Below, piece by piece: positions 1-9,215 of a stretch of 64,000 bases of DNA. A program made the position numbers and the translations under genes. Each line of letters starts with the position of its first letter. Within the stretch, counting starts at the first letter, position 1. This DNA comes from an uncultured Actinomycetota bacterium. GTDB lineage: Bacteria; Actinomycetota; Aquicultoria; SKW223; CALKMS01. The stretch spans positions 130,294 through 194,293 of the forward strand of contig CAYRQL010000001.1 of NCBI GenBank assembly GCA_964426525.1, in the 5' to 3' direction. A model generated the notes under the pieces. It made no database searches. It was not told the origin of the DNA and saw only the letters and a program-made list of their open reading frames with translations.

Positions 1-399
1 TTCGGCAAAGTACATATCGCAAAATGAAGTGATCCCACCTTTAAGCATCTCCAGGCAAGCCAGTCTAATTGCTTTACGAATAAAATCGGGATTTACATAT
101 TTAGCTTCAGCTGGCCAGATATAATTTTCTAACCACTCTTTAAGCGGTAAGTCATCGGCCAAACCACGAAAGTAAACCATTGCCGCGTGGGTGTGAGTGT
201 TGATTAAGCCGGGAAGAGCCAGTTTTCCATTGCCGTCAATGTTTTTTTCTCCTTGGTAGGAAACAACAATTTCGTTTTCAGAGCCAACAGCCACAATTTT
301 TCCGTTTTTTATCGCGACGGCTCCATTAGCAAAGAAATCTTCCCTTCGGTTCATAGTTAAAACGGCACAGTTTTTAATTAAAAGATCAACTTTTTCCAT
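1..399 (-). CDS. Amidohydrolase-family protein, 5-methylthioadenosine/S-adenosylhomocysteine deaminase (MtaD)-like. Only the N-terminal 133 aa lie in the window; the gene runs off the window start.
   Basis: Reverse-complement translation from the ATG at 397-399 reads MEKVDLLIKNCAVLTMN...GKLALPGLINTHTHAAMVYFRGLADDLPLKEWLE, the metal-dependent amidohydrolase/MtaD signature. A GGAGGGTA Shine-Dalgarno site lies 7 nt upstream on the minus strand. Confidence 0.7.
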   Translation of the reverse strand, partial: MEKVDLLIKNCAVLTMNRREDFFANGAVAIKNGKIVAVGSENEIVVSYQGEKNIDGNGKLALPGLINTHTHAAMVYFRGLADDLPLKEWLENYIWPAEAKYVNPDFIRKAIRLACLEMLKGGITSFCDMYFAE

Positions 400-410
400 T
401 TACCCTCCTT

Positions 411-1418
411 TTAAGTTTCTGTTTCTAAAGGTAAACTGGGCTGAAGCAAAGTTTGCTTAGCTTTTTGTATCTCTAAGTAACTTAGCGTCCAGTAGTTAGT
501 TAGTAAGGTGCCAGATATTGCTTTAGCAAATAATGAAACTGTAGTAAGAACAAGTAGAAAAACTGAAAAAATCAAAACAAAAAATAAAAAAGCGCTTCCT
601 TGAGATTTAAAAAAAACTAAAAAAAATGTTGAACTTATAAAAGCCAAAAATAGTGGCAAGACTACAATCAAAAAAAGCAAACCAAAAGCAAAAGAGACAA
701 CCAATGATATTAGCCAGATAAGAGCTACTTTTTGCCACTCCTTAAAAAACAACATCAAGCCTTCATTTACTGCTTCCAAAACTTTTTTATTTTCAATTAC
801 AACTTTACGATGGACAAGTTCGGTTGTAAGAGAAAAAAGAATAGACAAAAGGGCCAAAATAAGAAGCAAAAACAAAAAAAGAAAGAAAGAAGCTAAAGAA
901 AGTGAAACATTCTTAAAAAGCATTAATAGAGAAAGGATAAGGCCAATTATTGGAATCGAAATTAGTATTAAATATGGAATCCAGAGACACCATCCTGCTA
1001 AAACATAACGAAAGAAATATTTTTGCCCCCACTGAAGGCCTTCAATAAGCGAGGGATTTTTATCTTGAGTTTCTTTTAATTCTACTAGCTTAATAAGAGC
1101 AGGTTTGGAAAGCCAGCTTAAGATTTGAATAATAATAATAATGAACAGAAAAAGGCTGGCAAAAAAAATTACCCAGAAGAGGTGCGCCTTTAAGAATTTT
1201 AGAACCGGGTTTATGTCTTTCAGAAAATCAGCAAAAGCTTGCTGTTCGGAAAAAATCTCAGATTTCTCGATTTGACTGAAATTAGGGAAGTTGTAGCCCA
1301 AACTAAAATTTGGAACCGAATAGCTTGCTGGAACAAACAAACCAAAAATCCACAAAATCCTATACTTCCAGCAGAATTGCCAACTTTTTTTGAGAAGCTC
1401 GAAATAAGGAAACTTCAT
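411..1418 (-). CDS. Hypothetical polytopic integral membrane protein (335 aa, Phe/Leu/Ile-rich)
   Basis: Long ORF with many predicted TM helices. It is co-oriented with the upstream amidohydrolase. I recognise no family motif. Confidence 0.45.
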   Translation of the reverse strand: MKFPYFELLKKSWQFCWKYRILWIFGLFVPASYSVPNFSLGYNFPNFSQIEKSEIFSEQQAFADFLKDINPVLKFLKAHLFWVIFFASLFLFIIIIIQILSWLSKPALIKLVELKETQDKNPSLIEGLQWGQKYFFRYVLAGWCLWIPYLILISIPIIGLILSLLMLFKNVSLSLASFFLFLFLLLILALLSILFSLTTELVHRKVVIENKKVLEAVNEGLMLFFKEWQKVALIWLISLVVSFAFGLLFLIVVLPLFLAFISSTFFLVFFKSQGSAFLFFVLIFSVFLLVLTTVSLFAKAISGTLLTNYWTLSYLEIQKAKQTLLQPSLPLETET

Positions 1419-1546
1419 AGAGAAAGAATACCAAAAATCGGCAAATTATGAAGTGGCGGATAACCTAAGGGAAAATTCTAAAGATGTCGAGAGAGCTCGT
1501 AATTTTCAAAATTCGCTGAATTTTATTGTTAAGATAAAATAATTTA

Positions 1547-2875
1547 GTGAATATGCCAGAAGAGAAGGTTCAAATAATTGGGGGAGGGCTGGCCGGTAGT
1601 GAAGCTGCCTGGCAATTGGCTCAGCGCGGGGTTGAAGTTCTGTTATATGAAATGCGTCCTAAAAAGCAAACTCCTGCCCATCACACTTCATACCTAGCTG
1701 AGTTAGTGTGTTCCAATTCTTTTCGCTCAAAAAATCCGGAGAAAGCAGCCGGGTTATTAAAAGAAGAAATGAAACTTTTAGGCTCGTTAATAATAAAAGT
1801 GGCTGAAGAATGCCAGGTGCCAGCAGGCCAAGCTTTAGCGGTTGATAGAGAGCTTTTTTCAAAGAAAATAACAAAGATGATCCAGAACCATCCAAGAATA
1901 AAAGTTATTCGAAAAGAAATAAAAAAATTACCCGGAGAGAGACCTCTCATTATTGCAACTGGACCTTTGACTTCGAACAGTTTAGCTCAAGAGCTTTTTA
2001 AAATAACTGGAAAGAAAGGATTATATTTTTATGATGCAGCTTCTCCTATTGTTTACAGACAATCCATTGATATGAGTAAAGCTTTTGAAGCTAATCGCTA
2101 TGATAAAGGCGAAGGGACATACATTAACTGTCCTTTGAGAGAAGAAGAATATGAAAATTTCTGGAATGAGCTGGTTAAAGCAGAGCGAGTAAAACCTAAA
2201 GATTTTGAAAAGGAAATTTATTTTTCTGCTTGTCAGCCGATTGAAGAAGTTGCACGGAGCGGCAAGCAAGCTCTTCTTTTTGGTTGTTTAAAACCAGTTG
2301 GCTTGATTGATCCGCGTACAGGTGAGCTTCCTTATGCAGTAGCTCAACTAAGGCGGGACAATGTTAAAGGTGATTTATATAGCTTAGTCGGTTTTCAGAC
2401 CAGCTTAAAATGGTCAGAACAAGAAAGAGTTTTTCGTTTAATTCCAGCTTTACGTAAAGCTGAGTTTGTTCGATTTGGGGTAATGCATCGCAATACTTAT
2501 CTTAATTCACCTTCGCTAATAGACTCTACGCTTGAGTTTTGTGACTTTCCAGGATTGTTTATTGCTGGTCAACTTTCAGGGGTTGAAGGATATATTGAGT
2601 CTGCAGCTACCGGAATAGTTGCGGGCCTTAATGCTTTAAGATATTTAAAAGGCGAAAAGCGAATCAAGCTTCCATTAACGACAGCTCTAGGGTCCTTACT
2701 TAATTACATTGCTCGAGCGGACTCAGAAAACTTTCAGCCAATGCATGTGAGCTTTGGACTTTTACCGCCTTTAAATAAAAAAGTATCAAAAAAGAAGCGG
2801 GGAAAGGTTTATTTTTTACGTTCAATTTATGACTTAAAAGCCTTTATTTCGAAAAATCAGGAATTTAATTTATAA
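1547..2875 (+). CDS. trmFO: Methylenetetrahydrofolate--tRNA-(uracil-5-)-methyltransferase TrmFO (Gid)
   Basis: N-terminal FAD motif VQIIGGGLAGSEAAWQLA and the ELVCSNSFRS block. Length 442 aa. Followed by xerC as in Firmicutes. Confidence 0.9.
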   Translation: MNMPEEKVQIIGGGLAGSEAAWQLAQRGVEVLLYEMRPKKQTPAHHTSYLAELVCSNSFRSKNPEKAAGLLKEEMKLLGSLIIKVAEECQVPAGQALAVDRELFSKKITKMIQNHPRIKVIRKEIKKLPGERPLIIATGPLTSNSLAQELFKITGKKGLYFYDAASPIVYRQSIDMSKAFEANRYDKGEGTYINCPLREEEYENFWNELVKAERVKPKDFEKEIYFSACQPIEEVARSGKQALLFGCLKPVGLIDPRTGELPYAVAQLRRDNVKGDLYSLVGFQTSLKWSEQERVFRLIPALRKAEFVRFGVMHRNTYLNSPSLIDSTLEFCDFPGLFIAGQLSGVEGYIESAATGIVAGLNALRYLKGEKRIKLPLTTALGSLLNYIARADSENFQPMHVSFGLLPPLNKKVSKKKRGKVYFLRSIYDLKAFISKNQEFNL

Positions 2876-2882
2876 TTTTTTT

Positions 2883-3785
2883 GTGAAAGAGAAAATAAAA
2901 GATTTTTTAGAATTTCTGACTTACGAAAAAAAGTACTCACCGGAAACCATTCGAGCTTATCGAGCCGATCTACTTCAATTTGCTGAATATTTAAATAGGT
3001 TAAAGATTTCAATTGAAGAAATTAACCCTATTATTTTAAGAAGATACATAGCTCATCTTCATCTTAAAGGTTTGTCTCGGGGGCGCTATTCAGAAGCAAC
3101 AATGGCACGAAAAGTAGCTTCTTTGCGAGCTTTCTTAAACTACTTAGCGGACAAAGGAATTTTACCTTCAAGCTTTGAGGTTTTTTTACCATTTCCAAAA
3201 CTAAAGAAAAAACTCCCTGAAATTTTAAGCTCTTTTGAGTTGTTAAACTTGATTGAAATGGTTAAACCCAATAAACCTCTTGTTTTTCGCGACAAAGCTT
3301 TAATTGAAGTTCTTTTAGGTACTGGTTTGAGAGTCAGTGAGCTGGTATCACTAAATCTTGACTCAGTCAGTTTTGACCGCTGCGAGCTTAAAGCAAAAGG
3401 AAAGGGTAACAAAGAGAGAGTAGTGCCCATAAATTCTGAAGCTGAAGAGGCATTACGTACATATCTTTCTAAAGGACGTCCTTTTCTTTTTTGTAAGGAA
3501 ACTGAAGCACTTTTTTTAAACAATCGAGGAGGCCGTTTGACTACGGCTGGTGTTCGAAAAATCCTTAGGAAGTACGCCGGGAGACTTTACGGGAAATCCC
3601 GTCTTCATCCACATCTTTTTCGTCATACTTTGGCAACTGGTCTATTGGAGGGTGGGGCAGATTTACGTGTAGTTCAAGAGGTTTTAGGACATTCCTCTTT
3701 GTCAACTACTCAGGTTTATTTAAAATTAGGGGTTGAAAGACTAAAAAAAGTTTATAAAAAATCACACCCAAGAGAACAGGGGTAG
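2883..3785 (+). CDS. xerC: Tyrosine site-specific recombinase XerC/XerD (CodV) family
   Basis: GTG start. The C-terminal catalytic region reads RHTLATGLLEGGADLRVVQEVLGHSSLSTTQVYLKL (R..HxxR..Y). Chromosomal trmFO-xerC context. Confidence 0.85.
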   Translation: MKEKIKDFLEFLTYEKKYSPETIRAYRADLLQFAEYLNRLKISIEEINPIILRRYIAHLHLKGLSRGRYSEATMARKVASLRAFLNYLADKGILPSSFEVFLPFPKLKKKLPEILSSFELLNLIEMVKPNKPLVFRDKALIEVLLGTGLRVSELVSLNLDSVSFDRCELKAKGKGNKERVVPINSEAEEALRTYLSKGRPFLFCKETEALFLNNRGGRLTTAGVRKILRKYAGRLYGKSRLHPHLFRHTLATGLLEGGADLRVVQEVLGHSSLSTTQVYLKLGVERLKKVYKKSHPREQG

Positions 3786-3787
3786 AT

Positions 3788-4546
3788 TTGGATTTAGAAG
3801 CAGCCTGGAAAAATTATGTTAAGACCCGCGACCTTCATCTTCGAAACAAGCTGGTTCTTTTATATGCTCCCTTGGTTAAGTATATCGCTGGTCAGATTTA
3901 TTCTCGCCTTCCCCCAAGAAGTGTCGAGATTGCTGATTTAATAGGAGCGGGCACCATTGGCTTAATTGAAGCAGTGGAGAAGTTCCATCCAGAGAGAGGT
4001 TACAAGTTTGAAACTTACGCATTCCAGCGAATTAAAGGAGCGATTATTGATTCTTTGCGGAAGCTAGATTGGCTACCACGTAATCTCAGGATAAAAACTA
4101 AGAAGTTAGAAGAAGCTTATTTTAAACTTGAAGAACAACTTAAACGTCCTCCATCAGATGAAGAGCTAAAAGCTTATTTGGGCTATAAAGAAAAGGATTT
4201 TCAAGCTGCTCTTTCTGCAATAGGATACTCTCATATAATTGCTTTCGAAGATTTAAAAACTCAAACACCTGAGGGAGAAAGTAAAGCTTCAATTTATGAG
4301 GTTCTCGAAGACAAAATGCAATTAGATCCACTGGACTTAATCGAACAGCGAGAAGGAATGGATTTATTAAGAGAAGCCATAAAACATCTTCCACGAAGAG
4401 AAAGGCAAGTGATAATTTTTTATTATTTCAAAAACTTTAATCTTAGAGAGATAGGCGAGATAATGGGCATTTCTGAGTCCCGTGTTTCTCAAATTCACGG
4501 TCGAGCACTTCTTAACTTAAAGTCTCAATTGAAAGTTTATTTCTGA
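3788..4546 (+). CDS. Sigma-70 family RNA polymerase sigma factor, FliA/WhiG (sigma-28/SigD) type
   Basis: Region 2 reads IGLIEAVEKFHPERGYKFETYAFQRIKGAIIDSLRKLDWLPR. The region-4 HTH reads REIGEIMGISESRVSQIHGRALLNLK. TTG start 3 nt after the xerC stop. Confidence 0.8.
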   Translation: MDLEAAWKNYVKTRDLHLRNKLVLLYAPLVKYIAGQIYSRLPPRSVEIADLIGAGTIGLIEAVEKFHPERGYKFETYAFQRIKGAIIDSLRKLDWLPRNLRIKTKKLEEAYFKLEEQLKRPPSDEELKAYLGYKEKDFQAALSAIGYSHIIAFEDLKTQTPEGESKASIYEVLEDKMQLDPLDLIEQREGMDLLREAIKHLPRRERQVIIFYYFKNFNLREIGEIMGISESRVSQIHGRALLNLKSQLKVYF

Positions 4547-4677
4547 TTTTTTTAGTTATTTGATAATTTTTAACTTCTGTGTTTAATTTAAAACTTCACT
4601 TTTTCGACAGATTTTGCCCTTCTGATAAATTTAGTAGAATGTGTTAAAATAACCAAAAATTCAGGGAGTTTATTTAA

Positions 4678-5787
4678 GTGATTCGTATTAAGCAATATTT
4701 GAGCGAAATTAAACCTTATGTTCCTGGAAAGGCAATCGACGAGGTAAAACGAGAGTTAGGCCTGGAAAAAATAGTTAAACTTGCTTCAAACGAGTCACCT
4801 TTCCCGCCGTTTCCGTCAGCCATTAAAGCGATTGAAGAAGCAATACCAACCTTGAATGAGTATCCTTTAAGTGATTCTTATTATTTAAGGAAAGCCATTT
4901 CTGAAAAGTTTGACTTTCCTATCGACCAAATTGTTATCGGAGCTGGCGCTGATGAGCTTATAAGTTTAACTGCTCGCTGTCTTTTAGAACCTGGCGATGA
5001 AGCAGTGATGCCTTCACCAGCTTTCATTATGTATCCAATTGCCACTAAACTAACTGGCGCATTAGCAATTCAAGTCCCTCTAAGAGACGATCGGGTTGAC
5101 TTAAGGGGAATTTTAGAAGCAGTGAATGAAAAAACCAAAATAGTTTTTTTAGATAATCCCAATAATCCTGCTGGAACAATATTTACTGAAAAGGAGCTCA
5201 GGTGGTTTCTGAATCAGATATCAGACGATGTAACTGTTCTCCTTGACCAAGCTTATCATGAGTTTGTTACTTTGCCGGACTATCCTGATGGTTTGGATTT
5301 TATTAAAAAAGGTTATAAAAATGTTATCGTTACCCGGACCTTTTCTAAAATATATTCTTTGGCTGGCTTACGTGTCGGATATGGATTTTTCCCTGTTGAA
5401 TTAGCTGAAGCCTTAAACAAAACTCGCGGACCTTTTAATGTAGGAACTTTAGGTCAGGTTGCAGCTATTGCAAGTCTCAACGATGAAGAAGAAGTTTTAA
5501 GGAGGAGAACCTTAATTACTAACGAAAGGGATCGAATTCTTTTTGAACTTAAAAAGCGAGGCTTTAAATGTACACCAACACAGGCAAATTTTATTTTTTT
5601 TGAGACGCCTTTTCATTCTGAAAATATTTTTCAAACTTTACTCAGAAAAGGAATTATCGTTCGACCCGGACATATTTTTGGTTCTGGTTACGAAAAGTAT
5701 GTTCGCATGACGATTGGCACCAAAGAAGAAAATGACATTTTTCTTAATGCCTTGGATAGTTTGAATGAGGAGGTGATTAAGAAGTGA
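4678..5787 (+). CDS. hisC: Histidinol-phosphate aminotransferase
   Basis: Class II aminotransferase with the LASNESPFPP and TRTFSKIYSLAGLRVGY (PLP-Lys) blocks. GTG start. Confidence 0.85.
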   Translation: MIRIKQYLSEIKPYVPGKAIDEVKRELGLEKIVKLASNESPFPPFPSAIKAIEEAIPTLNEYPLSDSYYLRKAISEKFDFPIDQIVIGAGADELISLTARCLLEPGDEAVMPSPAFIMYPIATKLTGALAIQVPLRDDRVDLRGILEAVNEKTKIVFLDNPNNPAGTIFTEKELRWFLNQISDDVTVLLDQAYHEFVTLPDYPDGLDFIKKGYKNVIVTRTFSKIYSLAGLRVGYGFFPVELAEALNKTRGPFNVGTLGQVAAIASLNDEEEVLRRRTLITNERDRILFELKKRGFKCTPTQANFIFFETPFHSENIFQTLLRKGIIVRPGHIFGSGYEKYVRMTIGTKEENDIFLNALDSLNEEVIKK

Positions 5788-6797
5788 TTGTGGTAATGAA
5801 GCCAGGCGCTACCGAGAGAGATATCGAGCATGTAGTAGAAAAATTAAAAGAGGCGGGGCTTGAAGCTCATATTTCTAAGGGTAAATACCGGACAGTAATT
5901 GGTGTAATAGGCGATGAGGAATTAATCGCTAACCTTCCATTGACTATTTACCCTGGCGTAGAAAAAGTAATGCCGGTGTTAAAACCTTACAAGTTGGTAA
6001 GCCGGGAGTTCCAAATTGAGGACAGCTTTTTTAAAATTGGAAATTCAAAAATAGGAGCTGGGTACTTTGGACTTATGGCTGGGCCTTGTAGTGTTGAAAC
6101 TATCGAACAAACACTTTCTACAGCCAAATTTGTCAAAGAATGCGGAGCGAACTTTTTAAGGGGGGGAGCTTACAAACCACGCACTTCGCCCTATAGCTTT
6201 CAAGGACTGGGCGAAGAAGGATTAAAAATTTTAGCCCAAGCTCGGGAAGAAACAGGCTTACCCATAGTTACTGAGGTAATGGATGTAAGGGATGTTGAGC
6301 TGGTATCGCACTATGCCGATGTTTTACAAATTGGGGCACGCAACATGCAAAACTTTTTGCTCTTGACTGAGGTAGGTCGTCAGGATAAACCAGTAATGAT
6401 TAAAAGAGGTTTTTCCAACACAGTTGAAGAGTGGTTAATGGCGGCTGAATATGTTGCTAAAGCTGGAAATAAAAAAATTATTCTTTGCGAAAGAGGAATT
6501 AGAACTTTTGAAACTTCAACCCGCAATACGCTTGATGTCAGCTCGATACCAGTTATCAAAAGTTTGAGCCATTTACCAGTAATTGCTGATCCTTCTCACG
6601 CTTCTGGCAGAAGTGATTTAATCTTACCTCTTTCTCTGGCGTCAATTGCTGCTGGGGCTGATGGCTTGTTGATTGAAGTTCATCCTAATCCAGAAGAAGC
6701 GCTTTGTGATGGTCCTCAATCCTTAAATTTTGAGAAATTTTCAGAGTTGGTTTCACAGATTAAAGAGATTCTTCCCCATTTTTCTAAAACTATTTAG
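5784..6797 (+). CDS. aroF: 3-deoxy-7-phosphoheptulonate (DAHP) synthase, type I-beta, with an N-terminal ferredoxin-like/ACT-like regulatory domain
   Basis: About 70 aa of N-terminal extension (MIVVMKPGATERDIEHVVEKLKEAGLEAHISKG...) is followed by the KDO8PS/DAHPS barrel (GPCSVE, KPRTSPYSFQGLG, IADPSHA). This is the Thermotoga-type architecture. Confidence 0.85.
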   Translation: MIVVMKPGATERDIEHVVEKLKEAGLEAHISKGKYRTVIGVIGDEELIANLPLTIYPGVEKVMPVLKPYKLVSREFQIEDSFFKIGNSKIGAGYFGLMAGPCSVETIEQTLSTAKFVKECGANFLRGGAYKPRTSPYSFQGLGEEGLKILAQAREETGLPIVTEVMDVRDVELVSHYADVLQIGARNMQNFLLLTEVGRQDKPVMIKRGFSNTVEEWLMAAEYVAKAGNKKIILCERGIRTFETSTRNTLDVSSIPVIKSLSHLPVIADPSHASGRSDLILPLSLASIAAGADGLLIEVHPNPEEALCDGPQSLNFEKFSELVSQIKEILPHFSKTI

Positions 6798-6801
6798 TAA
6801 A

Positions 6802-7911
6802 ATGGAGTTTAAAAAGGTTGGACTGGTTGGAACAGGGCTAATCGGTGGCTCTATTGGGCTGGCGATAAAAAAGTTTAAATCTCAAGTTGAAGTTATAGGA
6901 TATGATAAAAATTCAGAAGCAACAGCCATTGCTCAAAAAATTGGAGCTATTGATTTAAAAGCAGAAAACTTATCCGATTTTTCTCAGGTTGATCTAGTTT
7001 TCATAGCCACGCCAATTTCGGCAATAGTCGATACAATATTGCAAATTGCTCCTTATTTAAAGGAAGGAGCAGTCATAACTGACACTGGTAGTGTTAAGGC
7101 GCCTATCGTTGAAGGACTGATAAAAAAGTTACCAAAAGAAACAATTTTTATTGGTGGCCATCCAATGGCTGGTTCGGACAGAGAAGGAATAAGTTTTGCA
7201 ACACCATCAATTATCGAAAACTCATATTACATCTTAACACCCTTAAAATCTACCCCTGACCGAGCTTACCTGGCTTTGCACGATTTTTTAACTTCGCTTA
7301 AAGCTTTTGTGGTAGCAGTGGACCCTTATCGGCATGATCTAATTGTTGCTTATATTTCTCATCTTCCACATCTCTTGGCTGCTGCCATTGTTAATATGGC
7401 AGTTTCTCGCTCTAAAGAAGAAGAAGGACTTTTATTTTTTGCTTCAAGCGGCTTTCGTGATGTTACACGGATTGCTGGGGGTAATTCGCGCTTGTGGGCT
7501 GATATTCTACTTCAGAATCAAGAGGCTGTTTTAAGGGCTCTTTCAGAGCTTAAAATTGAGATTAAAAGTTTAGAGCACGCGCTTAATCAAATGAACCGCG
7601 ATGAAGTTTTAAAGCTTTTAGAGAGGGCTCGCTTGGCAAGACGTGGATTACCGGTTGCTGCAAAAGGAACTGTTGAAGATTTGAGGATCTTGAGCGTTCC
7701 GGTTGAAAATAAACCAGGAGTTTTAAGCGAAGTTACTGTTTTGCTTGGGAGTGCGGGAATTAATATAGAGGATATAGAGATAGTACACGGGGTAGACCGT
7801 GGTGTTCTAAAGTTAACAGTTAGCACACAAGAGAGAGCAGAAAAAGCCAAGAGAATTTTAGAAGAAAAGGGTTATGAAGTTTTAATTTCGGCTTACTCGA
7901 ATGGAGTGTAA
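6802..7911 (+). CDS. tyrA: Prephenate dehydrogenase with C-terminal ACT domain
   Basis: Rossmann motif VGLVGTGLIGGSIGLAIKK, the HPMAGS catalytic block, and a C-terminal ACT segment (VLSEVTVLLGSAGINIEDIEIV). I moved the start from the ORF-track start to the ATG at 6802, 4 nt after the aroF stop. Confidence 0.85.
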   Translation: MEFKKVGLVGTGLIGGSIGLAIKKFKSQVEVIGYDKNSEATAIAQKIGAIDLKAENLSDFSQVDLVFIATPISAIVDTILQIAPYLKEGAVITDTGSVKAPIVEGLIKKLPKETIFIGGHPMAGSDREGISFATPSIIENSYYILTPLKSTPDRAYLALHDFLTSLKAFVVAVDPYRHDLIVAYISHLPHLLAAAIVNMAVSRSKEEEGLLFFASSGFRDVTRIAGGNSRLWADILLQNQEAVLRALSELKIEIKSLEHALNQMNRDEVLKLLERARLARRGLPVAAKGTVEDLRILSVPVENKPGVLSEVTVLLGSAGINIEDIEIVHGVDRGVLKLTVSTQERAEKAKRILEEKGYEVLISAYSNGV

Positions 7912-9215
7912 TGAAGGCGATAATTAAAAGCAAGGGAAAATTTAAAGGCAAACTTAAACCTCCGCCTGATAAATCAATTTCTCACCGTGCAGCTATTTTC
8001 TCCTCAATTGCTGAAGGCGAAAGCAGAATTAGCAACTTTCTTTTAGCTCAGGATTGCCTTGCTACTGTTGATGCTATGAAAAAATTAGGAGTTGAGATTG
8101 ATTTGGATTTAAAAACTGGCGAAATGATAGTTAATGGTAATGGTTTAAAAAGTTTAAAAGAACCTGAAGATGTAATAGATGCTGGTAATTCAGCTTCTAC
8201 AATGCGAATGCTTACTGGTTTAGTCTCAAGTTACCCTTTTTTGACAGTTATAACTGGTGACCGTTCGCTTAGAAAAAGACCAATGGACCGGATAATTCAC
8301 CCCTTAACTCAAATGGGGGCAGTTATTTTAGCAAGGGAACAAAGATTTGCTCCGCTTTGCATTCGAGGCGGCAATTTAAAAGGGATTAATTACTCCTTAC
8401 CAGTTGCTAGTGCTCAACTAAAGACCGCTTTAATGCTGGCTGCTTTAAGAGCTGAAGGCGAGACAGTTATTATTGAACCTTCCGTCAGCCGAGATCATAG
8501 CGAAAGGATTTTAAAAAAACAAGGAGCTGATATCGAAATTCATAATAAGGTTATTAAAATAAGACCAGTCGAACGATTAAACCCTTTAATTTTTTCTGTT
8601 CCAGGCGATTTTTCTTCAGCAGCTTTTTTCTTGGTAGCTGCACTAATTTGTCCAGATTCAGAGATTGAGATTGAATCGCTTAACCTAAATCCGACCCGCA
8701 CGGGCTTGTTGGAAACTCTAGAGCAAATGGGGGCTCGATTAAACGTTGAATTTGAGACGAAAGAAGGAGAGCCAGTAGGAAAAGTAAAAGCTTCAAGTTC
8801 AAGTTTAAGGTCGATTGAAATAGGGGGTCCGATTTGGCCGCGACTTATTGACGAAGGTCCTATTTTATTTGTAGCAATGGCTTTATCTGAAGGGAAAAGT
8901 GTAGTTTTCGGTGCTCAAGAGTTGAGAGTAAAAGAAACCGATAGGATTAGGGCAATGGCGATCGAGCTTAATAAAATGGGGGCAAAAGTTGAAGAGAGAG
9001 AAGACGGTTTAATAATAGAAGGAGTAGATAAACTAGTTGGAACAGAGGTTGAAAGCTATGGCGACCACCGAATTGCAATGGCTTTGTCTATTGCAGCCCT
9101 AAGAGCTGAGGGAGAAACAGTTATTGAGGGAGCCGAGTGCGTATGGGTTTCATTTCCTAATTTTTTCGAAGAGCTTGGGAAGGCTTGTCAGGCTGAGGTT
9201 CGGTTGATTCAATGA
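7911..9215 (+). CDS. aroA: 3-phosphoshikimate 1-carboxyvinyltransferase (EPSP synthase)
   Basis: KPPPDKSISHRAAIFSSIAEGESRI, the LAQDCLATVDAMKKLG and GDHRIAMALSIAAL blocks. Confidence 0.9.
   Translation: MKAIIKSKGKFKGKLKPPPDKSISHRAAIFSSIAEGESRISNFLLAQDCLATVDAMKKLGVEIDLDLKTGEMIVNGNGLKSLKEPEDVIDAGNSASTMRMLTGLVSSYPFLTVITGDRSLRKRPMDRIIHPLTQMGAVILAREQRFAPLCIRGGNLKGINYSLPVASAQLKTALMLAALRAEGETVIIEPSVSRDHSERILKKQGADIEIHNKVIKIRPVERLNPLIFSVPGDFSSAAFFLVAALICPDSEIEIESLNLNPTRTGLLETLEQMGARLNVEFETKEGEPVGKVKASSSSLRSIEIGGPIWPRLIDEGPILFVAMALSEGKSVVFGAQELRVKETDRIRAMAIELNKMGAKVEEREDGLIIEGVDKLVGTEVESYGDHRIAMALSIAALRAEGETVIEGAECVWVSFPNFFEELGKACQAEVRLIQ

Noticed and set aside
1239-1451. 70-aa plus-strand ORF overlapping the 5' end of the minus-strand membrane-protein gene
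   Set aside because: It lies mostly inside the 411-1418 coding region on the opposite strand, has no Shine-Dalgarno site, and shows low-complexity translation. I treat it as an antisense artefact.
2883-3785. Tyrosine recombinase as evidence of an integrated mobile element
   Set aside because: The context (directly after trmFO, XerC/CodV-like C-terminal motifs, no att-like repeats, phage or transposase genes nearby) indicates the chromosomal dimer-resolution recombinase and not an integrase.
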